Source: Ostreococcus lucimarinus
Lineage: Eukaryota
Length of the DNA stretch: 64,000 nt
Strand: one strand, 5' to 3'
Assembly (NCBI GenBank): GCA_000092065.1
Contig: CP000586.1
A program made the position numbers and the translations under genes. The notes under the pieces are model-generated. The model had not been told where the DNA came from. It made no database searches and worked only from the letters and a program-made list of their open reading frames with translations. Below are positions 47,750 through 57,612 of this stretch, in pieces. Within the stretch, counting starts at the first letter, position 1, and each line of letters begins with the position of its first letter.

Positions 47750-47822
47750 ATGGCGGCGCGGTGCGCCTCGACCGCGCGCGCGGCGACGATTCGCCGTGGA
47801 CGCGGGCGCGCGACGCGCGCGA

Positions 47823-47858
<36 letters not shown>

Positions 47859-49222
47859 GGACGACGACGGGACGACGGCGCGCGGCGCGCGGAGGCGCGG
47901 GAGACGCGCGAGGGCGCGCGAAAGTGACGCCGGGAAGCGATGGCGCGACGCGGGCGCGCGACGCGGGCGCGGCGCGCGGCGACGGTGGGGGCGGGACGAC
48001 GGCGCGAAGGACGACGACGCGACGACGCGAGGACGCGAACGCGGGGGGGAGGGAGGGAGGGACGCGCGCGAACGGTCGCGCGCTCGCGACGCTCGGAATG
48101 GCGAGCGCGATGGGGATCGATTTTGAGGGACCGGGGAGCGTGATAACGGCGATCGGGGTGCTGGCGGTGATCATCACGGCGCACGAGTGCGGGCACTTTT
48201 TCGCGGCGCGAGCGCGGGGGATACACGTGAACGCGTTCGCGGTGGGGTTCGGGCCGAATCTTTTCACGTATCGCGGACCGGAGGTGGAGTATAGCTTGAA
48301 AGCGATCCCGCTCGGGGGATACGTGGCGTTTCCGGACGATGATGAGGATTGTCCGTACCCGGAGGACGATCCGGATTTGTTGCGCAACAGGCCGACGAGC
48401 GATCGCGCGTTGGTCGTCTCCGCGGGCATCATCGCCAACGTGCTTTTTGCGTTCGGGATTTTGTACAACCAAGTCACCACGGTTGGATTCGCGGAGCAAA
48501 AATTTGAACCCGGAGTCGTCGTCAAGGCGTTTACGAGTTCGTCGGTCGCGCGAGACGCGGGCATCGAGGCGGGCGATATCATTTTATCCGTCGACGGCGA
48601 AAAACTGGCGGCGAGCGGGAAATCGGTGGGTAAAGTCGTGAACGCGGTGAAAAACTCGCCGAACGATGTCTTGAAATTCGAGCTCATGCGAATCGGCGCG
48701 GACGGGGCGCCCGAGGTGAAGATTGTCGAGTTGCGCCCGAGCGCGACGCCGACTGGCGACGGTAAAGTCGGCGTCAAGCTCGAATCCAACTCGAGCGTAT
48801 CCAAACATATCGCGAGCAATCCGATCGAGGCCGCTTCGTTGGCCGGTAATGAATTCGCTCGGTTGACGGCTTTGGTGTGGAAAAGCCTCTCTGGTTTGTT
48901 CCTGCACTTTGACGACAACAAGTCGCAGGTGAGCGGGCCCATCGCCATCGTGGCCACGGGGGCAGAGGTGATGCGAAGCGATGTCAGTGGGCTGTATCAG
49001 TTCGCAGCAGTCATCAACATTAACCTCGCCATCGTCAACTTGCTTCCTTTACCAGCGCTCGACGGTGGATTTCTACTACTCATCGCCATCGAAGCCGCGC
49101 GGGGCGGGAAGAAGATTCCGCTCGAAATTGAGCAAAGCATCACAGGCGCGGGCGTGCTGTTCCTGTTGATTTCGGGCGCGTCGTTGATACTTCGAGACAC
49201 GATAAATTTGATTCCTCATTAG
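47750..49222 (+). CDS. RseP/S2P-type M50 site-2 protease with PDZ domain, plastid-type presequence
   Basis: HExxH zinc motif AVIITAHECGHFFAARARG, a PDZ domain (..GIEAGDIILSVDGEKL..) and the LDGG motif NLLPLPALDGGFLLLIAIEA are present. The catalytic core starts near 48098 (MASAMGIDFEG). The Thr/Arg/Ala-rich leader from ATG 47750 is plausible as a transit peptide but is not certain. Confidence 0.75.
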
Positions 49223-49408
49223 CCATACTTTTACGACTTAGATTCGGCACGCTTTCAATAGCCTTTGTAAACGCGCGCGCGCGCGAAAAACGAGCCCCTC
49301 GAGCGCGGTCGTCGTCGTCGTCGAACGCGGTGGTTGAACGCAATTGCTCGTTTTCGCATTACTCATATTCGCTAAGAATTAATTGTTCGCTAATTTTACG
49401 CCATGAAA

Positions 49409-49771
49409 TCAAAGGTAAATGTTCGCGGTGCGCTCCTTGAACTTCAACTCTCGCGAGTCGCGCTTGTTCACGCCCTCCGCAACCTCGCGTTCGCGCTTGA
49501 CAGTGTACAATTGCGCAACTTTGGTCTTCAAGATACCGAAGTGGTGCGGCTTGAACTCCTTACGCGTGCTTTGACGCATGCGCAACTGGAACAACATCTT
49601 CTTGCTCTTCGTCACCTCCTCCAAAAGCGCCTCGTTGGACAAATCCTTGAAATCCTTCACCTTGGTCGGCTTGAGCGCGGTGTACTCATCCTCCGCCGCG
49701 GCGTCGCCCTCGGCGCGCACGACCACGGTCGCGGCGCGCTTGGGCGCACTGCGTCCGGAAACCTGCATCAT
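49409..49771 (-). CDS. RPL29: Plastid 50S ribosomal protein L29 (uL29c) precursor
   Basis: uL29 core KDFKDLSNEALLEEVTKSKKMLFQLRMRQSTRKEFKPHHFGILKTKVAQLYTVKRE follows a short transit peptide (MMQVSGRSAPKRAATVVVRAEG). Coordinates are taken from the ORF track; my hand count of the ATG is 1 nt off. Confidence 0.75.
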   Translation of the reverse strand: MMQVSGRSAPKRAATVVVRAEGDAAAEDEYTALKPTKVKDFKDLSNEALLEEVTKSKKMLFQLRMRQSTRKEFKPHHFGILKTKVAQLYTVKREREVAEGVNKRDSRELKFKERTANIYL

Positions 49772-49890
49772 CGTAAAAAACCACCCACTTCGTCAGTCCA
49801 CGCGCTTCCTCGCCCTTCGCCCTCGCTCGCCCTTCGCCCTCGCCTCGCGCTCGGGTTTCAGGGTTTCCCAAAGATGACGATTTCACCCTG

Positions 49891-49902
49891 CCCCCCCCCC
49901 CC
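49891..49902. repeat. Homopolymer C12 tract (a second C9 tract lies at 50107-50115) in the RPL29/RPE intergenic region
   Basis: Read directly from the sequence. Both tracts lie in the same 685-bp divergent promoter region. Confidence 0.8.
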
Positions 49903-50456
49903 GCGCGCCATCCTTCGCGACTCCCGCCCACGCCGCGCGCGCGCGTCGTCGAACGTAATTTCCTCCGCCCATCCCTCGACCGTCGTTCGTCATCGCGCGT
50001 TCGCGCGCGCGTCACCCCTCGCGCCATCGCCCGCGTCCGCGTCCCGCCTCCTCGCGCGCGTCGTCGTCGTCGTCGTCGTCGCGTCCTTCGCGCGCGGGTT
50101 CGCGCGCCCCCCCCCCGCGTCGATCACTTTTCGCGCGCGTCCACGCACCTTGATCGCGCACGTCGCGCGCGTCGCGGAGGACAACGAAGTCGCGGCGAAC
50201 ATCGAGGCGCGTCGTCGTCGTCGAGTGAGGCGGCGACGGCGCGACGGGCGCGCGTCGTCGCCATCGGGGCTGTCGACATCGCGCGAACGAGTCGTGGAAT
50301 ACGACGTTACCCCCACGACCCGTTCTGTGATAATATAGTGATCAGACACGCTCGTATACCCGAATGTCCGAATTTTGGATCGCGGCCGACCGGCCGCCCC
50401 TCGCCGCGAAAACCTGAAGTGCGCGCCCCGCACTCGCCGTCGAATCGATCGGGATC

Positions 50457-51254
50457 ATGTTGTCCGCGTCTTCGTTTACCGGCGTCAAGGTGTGCGCGCG
50501 CGCGAGCCAAAACAACCGCACGCGCGGTGCGCGCCAAAGCGTGCGCGTCAGCGCGAACGCCAAGGTGGACGCGTGCGATAAAAACAGCATCATCGTGTCC
50601 CCGAGCATCCTGAGCGCCAACTTCGCGAAGCTCGGCGAGGAGATCCAAGCGATCGATAAGGCTGGCGCGGAGTGGGTGCACGTGGACGTCATGGATGGGA
50701 GATTCGTGCCGAACATCACGATCGGACCGTTGGTCGTGGACGCGATTCGACCGGTGACGGATAAGGTGCTGGACTGCCACTTGATGATCGTGGAGCCGGA
50801 GCTTCGCGTGGCGGATTTCGCGAAAGCGGGCGCGGATATCATCTCCGTGCACGCCGAAGGCGCGGCGACGATTCACTTGCACCGCACAATCAACCAAATC
50901 AAGGATTTGGGGTGCAAGGCGGGCGTCGTGCTCAACCCGGGGACGCCCGTGAACGTGCTCGAGTACATCATCGAAGAGGTCGACTTGATCCTCGTCATGT
51001 CCGTCAACCCGGGCTTCGGCGGTCAATCGTTCATCGAATCTCAAGTCGAGAAGATTGCGCAAATCAAGAAAATGTGCGTCGCCAAGGGTGTGAACCCGTG
51101 GATCGAAGTCGACGGTGGCGTGTCCCCGGCAAACGCGTACAAGGTGATCGAAGCCGGCGCCAACGCCCTCGTCGCCGGCTCCGCCGTCTTCAACTCTCCG
51201 GACTACGCCGCGGCGATCGCGGGCATCAAGGCCAGCAAGCGCCCGGGTGCTTAA
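50457..51254 (+). CDS. RPE: Ribulose-phosphate 3-epimerase, plastid-targeted
   Basis: [74 protein letters not shown] is near-identical to the RPE consensus. An N-terminal presequence is present. Confidence 0.9.
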   Translation: MLSASSFTGVKVCARASQNNRTRGARQSVRVSANAKVDACDKNSIIVSPSILSANFAKLGEEIQAIDKAGAEWVHVDVMDGRFVPNITIGPLVVDAIRPVTDKVLDCHLMIVEPELRVADFAKAGADIISVHAEGAATIHLHRTINQIKDLGCKAGVVLNPGTPVNVLEYIIEEVDLILVMSVNPGFGGQSFIESQVEKIAQIKKMCVAKGVNPWIEVDGGVSPANAYKVIEAGANALVAGSAVFNSPDYAAAIAGIKASKRPGA

Positions 51255-51427
51255 ACGCCCCGCAAACGATCGATTAAACTCTATTCCCCTCGATCATTGT
51301 TCGCGTATTTTGTCATAAACTCAACGCAGTGCGAGAACACCGCGCCGCCCCGACGCCTCGCCGGGCGCACATCTCGTCGCGCGCGACGCGCGCTCGCGCG
51401 AGCGGTGATCTCACGACCGGTGTCGCG

Positions 51428-53500
51428 ATGCGCGTCGCGCTCGCGCGCACCGCGCGAGCCTCGGCGTCGACGTCCCACGCCGCGTCCTTCGCCGCCGCGT
51501 CCTTCGCCGCGCGCGACCTCGCGCTCGATTTCGACGTCGTCGTCGTCGGTGGAGGGCACGCCGGGACCGAAGCCGCGGCGGCGGCCGCGAGGAAAGGCGC
51601 GCGCACGGCGTTGGTGACGCCGAATCCGTATAAAACGATCGGAGAGATGAGCTGCAACCCCTCCATCGGCGGCTTGGGCAAAGGAACGCTCGCGCGCGAG
51701 GTCGACGCGCTCGATGGTTTGATGGCGCGCGCCGCGGATGGGGGAGGCATTCAGTTTCGGATGTTGAATTCGAGCAAAGGCCCGGCGGTTCGAGGGGCGC
51801 GGGCGCAGATGGATCGCGAGTTGTACAAGGGAGAGATACAACGGTTGGTGAGCGCCGTCGGCGGCTTGGACGTCGTCGACGCGGCGGTGGTGGACTTAGA
51901 CATTGACCACGCGAGCGATGGATCGCGAGGAGTGATGCGAGGGGTAGTTTTAGACAATGGGCGCACGTTGCGCGCGAAATCAGTGGTGATCACGACTGGG
52001 ACGTTTTTGAACGGCGTGTTGCACATCGGCTCCAAGCGCGTCGTCGCGGGAAGACTCGCAAACGATACCACGCAACAGGCAGATTTAAAAGCGGGCGAGG
52101 CGGCGCACAGCTTGGCGCGAACACTTTATGGTATAGGTTTTAAGATGGGACGCATGAAGACCGGGACACCGCCGAGATTGGATGGGAAGACGATTGATTG
52201 GTCCGCGTGCGCGCCTCAACCAGGGGACGCAGTCCCGGTCCCTTTTGCGTTCACCTCGTCGAGTCGACCGGTGCACGCGGAGGCGTGGAAACCACCCGCT
52301 CGGCAAATAATGTGCCATAGCACGTATACAACGTCGGAGACTGAAAAGTACATCGCGGCAGCGCCTAAGTCAAAGTACGAGCTCGACGACGTCGAATCGC
52401 CGACGACGCCGAGATATTGTCCATCCATCGAGTCTAAAGTGAGAAGATTTCCAGGGCGCACCCATCGAATTTGGCTCGAACCGGAAGGTTTAAACACCGA
52501 TGTCGTTTATCCGAATGGAATCACGAATAATCTAGAACCCGAATTGCAGAAAGAAATGGTTCGCACCATTCCCGGTTTGGAAAACGCCGTGATACTCAGC
52601 CCCGGATACGGCGTCGAGTACGATTACGTGGATCCGCGAGAATTGCGAATAACGTTGGAGACGAAGCGCATACAGGGTTTGTTCTTAGCGGGACAGATCA
52701 ACGGCACGACTGGATACGAAGAAGCCGCGGCGCAGGGCGTCATCGCTGGAGCCAATGCGGCGAGCGTCGACGGCGAAGAATTTGTCGTACCGCGATACTC
52801 TAGCTACCTCGGCGTTCTCGTGGATGATTTGACGAGCAGAGGCACGAGCGAGCCATACCGCATGTTCAGCTCGCGCGTGGAGTATCGGTTGAGCATTCGT
52901 TCCGACAACGCGGATCTGCGTCTCACAGAACTCGGCGAACGGTACGGCGTCGTCTCCGCGGAGCGCGCTCGCGCGGCGGCCAGACGACGCACGTTGGTCG
53001 AACAAGCCGGTGGTGCACTCGACGCGATCACGCTCATACCATCTCGATGGCAAGCGTACGCGCCGGACCTACCGATCGCCAAGCACGGTCGACATCTCAG
53101 CGCGTCCAATATGTTGGCGCAAGGTTGGGACGTCGACAAAATTCTCCGCGTCGTCGCGGACGTCCTCGGTCCTTTGGATCCGCACGTGCGAGCGCTGCGT
53201 TCTGTAAACGAAGAAGATCGAAGCGCGTTCGAGTGCGCGGCGATCGAGGCGTATTACAAACCGTACATCGAGCGCCAGGCGCAGGATATCGACGACATGC
53301 GCCGCGAGGAAGAGCTCGCGATTCCGGAAACCTTTGATTACTCCGCCATCGACAATTTATCTCTCGAAGATCGAGAAAAGCTCGAGGCGGTGCGCCCGAC
53401 GACGTTCGCGCGCGCGAGTCGAATCTCCGGCGTCACCCCCGCGGCGCTACTCTCGCTCCTCCGAGTCGTGACGAAAAAATCGACGGTGAAACAGCGTTAG
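51428..53500 (+). CDS. MTO1: MnmG/GidA (MTO1-like) tRNA uridine 5-carboxymethylaminomethyl modification enzyme, organellar
   Basis: FAD-binding site [29 protein letters not shown] and GidA-family blocks ..MSCNPSIGG..; ..[10 protein letters not shown].. are present. About 690 aa. The ORF track opens at a GTG at 51329; the first ATG is at 51428. Confidence 0.85.
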   Translation: MRVALARTARASASTSHAASFAAASFAARDLALDFDVVVVGGGHAGTEAAAAAARKGARTALVTPNPYKTIGEMSCNPSIGGLGKGTLAREVDALDGLMARAADGGGIQFRMLNSSKGPAVRGARAQMDRELYKGEIQRLVSAVGGLDVVDAAVVDLDIDHASDGSRGVMRGVVLDNGRTLRAKSVVITTGTFLNGVLHIGSKRVVAGRLANDTTQQADLKAGEAAHSLARTLYGIGFKMGRMKTGTPPRLDGKTIDWSACAPQPGDAVPVPFAFTSSSRPVHAEAWKPPARQIMCHSTYTTSETEKYIAAAPKSKYELDDVESPTTPRYCPSIESKVRRFPGRTHRIWLEPEGLNTDVVYPNGITNNLEPELQKEMVRTIPGLENAVILSPGYGVEYDYVDPRELRITLETKRIQGLFLAGQINGTTGYEEAAAQGVIAGANAASVDGEEFVVPRYSSYLGVLVDDLTSRGTSEPYRMFSSRVEYRLSIRSDNADLRLTELGERYGVVSAERARAAARRRTLVEQAGGALDAITLIPSRWQAYAPDLPIAKHGRHLSASNMLAQGWDVDKILRVVADVLGPLDPHVRALRSVNEEDRSAFECAAIEAYYKPYIERQAQDIDDMRREEELAIPETFDYSAIDNLSLEDREKLEAVRPTTFARASRISGVTPAALLSLLRVVTKKSTVKQR

Positions 53501-53544
53501 AATTCTTTTTAGATAACAACAACCTAGGTAGCACGCAGCGCAAA

Positions 53545-54357
53545 CTAAAGCGCCCGCACGCCGACGATGGACTCCACTTGTTGCAGCGCTTCCAGCGCGC
53601 GCGCGCGCGACGCCGGGTCTTGTATCCCTCCCAATTCCTTCCGCACCTCCCCGAGCTCGCCCTGCACGTACTCCACCTGCGCCCCGGATAGAATTTTGTC
53701 GAGCTTCTTTTCCGGCGCAAACTTGGCTAAAACCCCCTCGTCTCGCACCCCCGCGTACTTCATCGCCGTCGTCATGTCCACCAACCCCGTCTTCGCCCCC
53801 ACCGGTCGCCCGTTCTCGAACAGCATCAGCGTCGGAAACCCGGTGACGGCGTACGCGCTCGCGTAATCCGCGTACGCGTCCACGTTCATCCTCGCCACGC
53901 GCGTCTTCGACCCCGCTTCCTCGAGCTTTTCCGGCAATTCCTCCCAAATCGGTTCCAATCGCTTGCAGTACGGACACCACGGCGCGTAAAACTCCACGAA
54001 CACCGCCCCCTCGCGTCTCGTCACCTCGCGCTCGAAATTCTCCGGCGTCAGCTCCACCACCCCGTCGTCCCCGCTCGCCGCGCGCGCCGTCTCGAATCCG
54101 CGCGCGCGCGTCGCCGCCGCGCGCATCACCACCCCCCCCGCGATCGCGCGCGCGAGCCCTCGCCGCGTCCCGCCCCCGTCGCCGCCGCGCGCCGTCGCGT
54201 CGTCGTCGTCGTCGTCGTCGCGCGTCTTCCGCGCGTCGCGTCGCCCCGTCGTCGCGCCGTCGTCCCGCGCCGCGCGTCGCGCCGCGCGTCGACCGCGTCG
54301 CGACGCGCGCCGTCGCCCGACCGCGGGCGTCGCGAGACCTCGCGCGGGCGTCGCCAT
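53545..54357 (-). CDS. Thioredoxin-fold protein with atypical WCPYC redox motif and presequence
   Basis: Thioredoxin-like text ..VVELTPENFEREVTRREGAVFVEFYAPWCPYCKRLEPIWEELPEKLEEAGSKTRVARMNVDAYADYASAYAVTGFPTLMLFENGRPV. CxxC=CPYC is glutaredoxin-like, where WCGPC would be canonical. A C-terminal extension of about 80 aa is present. Confidence 0.65.
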   Translation of the reverse strand: MATPARGLATPAVGRRRASRRGRRAARRAARDDGATTGRRDARKTRDDDDDDDATARGGDGGGTRRGLARAIAGGVVMRAAATRARGFETARAASGDDGVVELTPENFEREVTRREGAVFVEFYAPWCPYCKRLEPIWEELPEKLEEAGSKTRVARMNVDAYADYASAYAVTGFPTLMLFENGRPVGAKTGLVDMTTAMKYAGVRDEGVLAKFAPEKKLDKILSGAQVEYVQGELGEVRKELGGIQDPASRARALEALQQVESIVGVRAL

Positions 54358-54908
54358 GTCGACGCGCGTCGCTTTGACGCCGCGCCGACGCGTCGCCCCG
54401 CGCGACGGACCGGGGTGTTTTACATCCCGTATTCATGTATGTGAATACGTGATCCAGTGACGTATATAAACCACGACGAGACCCATCGCGGGGACGATCG
54501 CGGGGACGCTCTACTATTATTATACGACCACGACGCTCTTATTGAAGTCACGGATCCGGTATATAATGAACCCCGAACGCCGTCGAGGGGACCCATCGAT
54601 CGCGTCGACGGCGCGCGACGGCGGACGACGACGCGCCGCGCTCGAGCGCCTTGATCCTTCGCGACGCGACGCGAACGCGCGACGATCGATCGATCGATCG
54701 AGCGCGACGCCTCGACGCGACGCGACGCGACGCGACGCGAATCGCGCACCGGGACATTCGCGCATTCGGCGGTTACGACGATTGCCGACACGCGGCGAAT
54801 CGAATCGCGCGCGCCGAGCGCGACGCGACGCGACGGGACGATCGCGGGGAATCGCGCGACGGCGAAACGATCGCCGACGTCGAACGGGCGCGCGCGCGAT
54901 CGATCGAG

Positions 54909-56165
54909 ATGGAACGCGCGGTCGCGCGCGCGACGGGACGAGGCGCGACGACGACGACGCGCGACGACGGGACGCGACGACGGGACGCGACGCGAACGAC
55001 GCGAGCGACGCGAGCGATGCGAAGGGCGCGAGCGATGAGAGACGGTGGGGATCGTGGTGACGATGGCGGTGAGGCGACGCGCGCGATCGGGATCGAGTGT
55101 CGGACGAGCGCGGGGGACAGGCTGCGGGAGACGCTCGCGAGGGAGGGCGGGCGAGGGTTCGAGCGAGACGCGAGACGCGCGCTCAGGGAGCTCGTCGCGA
55201 TGGGGTACACCGCGGGGGAGGGCGCGGAGAGCGCGGAGTGCGATCGGGATTGCGTGATCGGACGCGCGGCGATGACGAGGATGGAGGTGGAGGATATCAT
55301 GTACCTGAGCGCGGCGCGGGAAGTCGTGCGAGCGGGCGGCGGCGGCGGCGAGGCGAGCGACGCGCGGGAGAGCGCGGCGGATGACGGGCGAGGGCGCTTG
55401 CGGTTGATGCATCGATGTCAACGGCTTCAGGAGCTCTTACCGAAAGGTTCGGATGAGTTCATGATCAATTTGGTGCTGCGCGTGATCGATAACGTGTCCA
55501 AGCATTCGCATAAAGTCGGGTTGACGCACGCGGTGAAGACGTCGACGTTGGCGGACGTCTACTCAAAGTGCGCGTCTTTCGGTTACTTTTTACAGGCGAG
55601 CGAGCGAAGGTTAGAGCTCGAGCACTTCGTATCGACGAACGTCGACTTCGTGCACTTGGAAAAGCTGGCGTATCCCAAAAAGTTGGCGCGGTACGGCGTG
55701 TTGCGCAGCGGCTTGAAGGCGCTCGAGGGTTCGACGCCGAGCGCCGTCGCGTCGCGCGTCGCCGGGTACGAGGTGCCGGTTCCCTTGCGAGTTCCGGGGG
55801 GAATTCAGATTCAAAACGATATGGTTTCGCTGAAAGAGTACATCGACGAGATGGGTCCGTCCGCGCGCGCGCACGCGGCGCGCATCGCCTCTGTAGAGGC
55901 GACGGAGGTGTTGCAACTGCACGTCGCCTCGCTCTTCGCCGGCGATCGAGGACGAGTGCTGACGAGTCTGGGGCAGTTTCGGCGCAAACCGCATCGAAAC
56001 GGAGGAAACGATACCGCAGACGAGCAACGCGTGTCGGTGCACGTGAATCAGCTCAAACACATCGTTCTCGAGGCGTGCGCGTTCGGCGCGACTCTAGCGA
56101 AGATTGAAGCTTCCATCGACTGCGAGTCGATCGAGTCGTCGAAGCCGCTTTTAACTCGCTTGTAA
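54909..56165 (+). CDS. Hypothetical protein (conserved-looking C-terminal 280 aa, unknown family)
   Basis: The ORF has protein-like, non-repetitive composition (..MINLVLRVIDNVSKHSHKVGLTHAVKTSTLADVYSKCASFGYFLQASERRLELEHFVSTNVDFVHLEKLAYPKK..). The first ATG is at 54909; the ORF track opens at a TTG at 54651. Confidence 0.4.
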   Translation: MERAVARATGRGATTTTRDDGTRRRDATRTTRATRAMRRARAMRDGGDRGDDGGEATRAIGIECRTSAGDRLRETLAREGGRGFERDARRALRELVAMGYTAGEGAESAECDRDCVIGRAAMTRMEVEDIMYLSAAREVVRAGGGGGEASDARESAADDGRGRLRLMHRCQRLQELLPKGSDEFMINLVLRVIDNVSKHSHKVGLTHAVKTSTLADVYSKCASFGYFLQASERRLELEHFVSTNVDFVHLEKLAYPKKLARYGVLRSGLKALEGSTPSAVASRVAGYEVPVPLRVPGGIQIQNDMVSLKEYIDEMGPSARAHAARIASVEATEVLQLHVASLFAGDRGRVLTSLGQFRRKPHRNGGNDTADEQRVSVHVNQLKHIVLEACAFGATLAKIEASIDCESIESSKPLLTRL

Positions 56166-56243
56166 TCAATGTTTTTGAATACCTTAGAAGGAAAACGAGG
56201 TTGATACAACTTCCTACCGTGCTAATTCGTTATCGCTAGGTCG

Positions 56244-57137
56244 TTATCGACGACCGATTCCGCTCTTCGCCGGCCGCGGCTTGACTTCTGTTTCGTTCAC
56301 GGCGTGCAAGTAAATGTTATTCGGCGTGTTTGACAGCGGGTTGTCACCGCCCTTGCTCCAATCGTACGACACCGCGTACGCGTAAATCGTCCCATCGCGA
56401 TTGAAGTTCCCGCACGAGATGGGTGCCGAACACTTGGTCATGTTCTTTAGGCGTTGCTTACTATCCTTGTCCCAAAAGTTGAAGTTGCCGTCGGCGCCCG
56501 CGGTGACGAACGTTCCAAACGTCGGGTGGAACGAGATGGAGTTGACGGCGTAAATGTCTTGCGTGCCTTCTCTGTGACATTTGAAAGTAAAGTTCTTGCT
56601 TTGCAAATTGTCTTCCACGTGCTGAACCGCGACGCGTCCTTCGATGGAGCCGACCAAGTAGCCCGAGCGATCGGGAAACGTGGCGACGCATCGCGTCTGA
56701 TACTTGAGCGGCGATAACAACTGCTTGTACGGCACTTGCGGGTTGCTCAAGTTGAAAATCTGAATCTGTCTCTCGGCACATCCCACGACGAGCAAAGGGT
56801 GCGTGACATCTAACGCGTAACACCGTTCGGGGAGCTGAACCTGGAGCGCGGGATTCGGCTGACGCGTGTCCCAATACTTCAACGTTCGATCCCAAGATCC
56901 GGTGACTAACAACCCCACCTGTTCGATCCACGCCATGTGTCTGATCGCCCCATCGTGCTGCGCGATCTGCGTCGCCTGCCCGCTCGCCAAGTCCCATTTC
57001 TTCGCGATGTTATCGCACCCGCCCGTGAACACGCTCGCGCCGTCGCTCGACCACGAGCTACACAGCACCGGCGCCTCGTGCTTCGTCGACGCCTTCGGCA
57101 TCGCCTGCCCATTGTTCGCCACCTCATAGCAATACAC
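56244..57137 (-). CDS. RAE1: RAE1/Gle2 mRNA export factor (WD40), exon 2 of 2
   Basis: ..YCYEVANNGQAMPKASTKHEAPVLCSSWSSDGASVFTGGCDNIAKKWDLASGQATQIAQHDGAIRHMAWI..VSYDWSKG.. is near-identical to RAE1 orthologues. The acceptor is ..gatgtag|GTGTAT. Confidence 0.85.
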   Translation of the reverse strand: MYCYEVANNGQAMPKASTKHEAPVLCSSWSSDGASVFTGGCDNIAKKWDLASGQATQIAQHDGAIRHMAWIEQVGLLVTGSWDRTLKYWDTRQPNPALQVQLPERCYALDVTHPLLVVGCAERQIQIFNLSNPQVPYKQLLSPLKYQTRCVATFPDRSGYLVGSIEGRVAVQHVEDNLQSKNFTFKCHREGTQDIYAVNSISFHPTFGTFVTAGADGNFNFWDKDSKQRLKNMTKCSAPISCGNFNRDGTIYAYAVSYDWSKGGDNPLSNTPNNIYLHAVNETEVKPRPAKSGIGRR

Positions 57138-57247
57138 CTACATCGCGTCTCGACGCACCGCGTCGTCTCGTCAGTCCCCGTCGTTCGCTCGTTCGCTCGT
57201 TCGCTCGTTCGCGTTCGCGTTCGCGTTCGCCTCGCGCGTTCACGCAC

Positions 57248-57391
57248 GTCTCCGTCCCACGCCGTCGCCACCAAAAAATTCCCCGTCGGCGACCACGACA
57301 GCGAGCTTATCCCATCGTTCGGCGGATTCGCCACCAGAAAGTCCCCGTTCGGGTTCGCCGGCGCCTGCGTCGCCGCCTGTCCCCACGACAT
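57248..57391 (-). CDS. RAE1: RAE1/Gle2, exon 1 of 2
   Basis: ATG at 57391 opens MSWGQAATQAPANPNGDFLVANPPNDGISSLSWSPTGNFLVATAWDGD, with donor |gtgcgtgaac. The 110-nt GC-rich intron has a branch-like gactgac and a (CGTTCGCT)n microsatellite. Confidence 0.7.
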
Positions 57392-57412
57392 CGCCTCGCC
57401 TCAACGATCCCT

Positions 57413-57580
57413 TCCGTCGTCCTTCGTCCGTCGTCCGTCGTCCTTCGTCCGTCGTCGGTCGGTCCGTTCGCTCGCGCGTCGTCGCGTCGATCGGTCCGCG
57501 TCTTCGCGCGTCGCGCTCGCGTCGCCGCGCCGTTTTTTCGCGCGCCGTTTTTTCGCGCGCGACGAATCGCGCGCGACGAA
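57413..57580. repeat. Cluster of short tandem repeats in the RAE1/TrpD divergent promoter
   Basis: (TCCKTCG)n heptamer array at about 57413-57468; 15-bp unit gcgccgttttttcgc x2 at 57527-57556; 12-bp unit gcgcgacgaatc x2 at 57557-57580. Confidence 0.75.
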
Positions 57581-57612
57581 TCGCGACGCGCGTCGGCGCC
57601 AACTTTTTATCG

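Noticed and set aside
46473-48957. 450-aa plus-strand ORF antisense to the ATG1 kinase, 413/561-aa minus-strand ORFs antisense to the S2P gene, and 399-aa ORF 46927-48126
   Set aside because: The kinase and M50 protease domains are unmistakable on their strands. The competing frames are Arg-rich, and several start at non-ATG codons.
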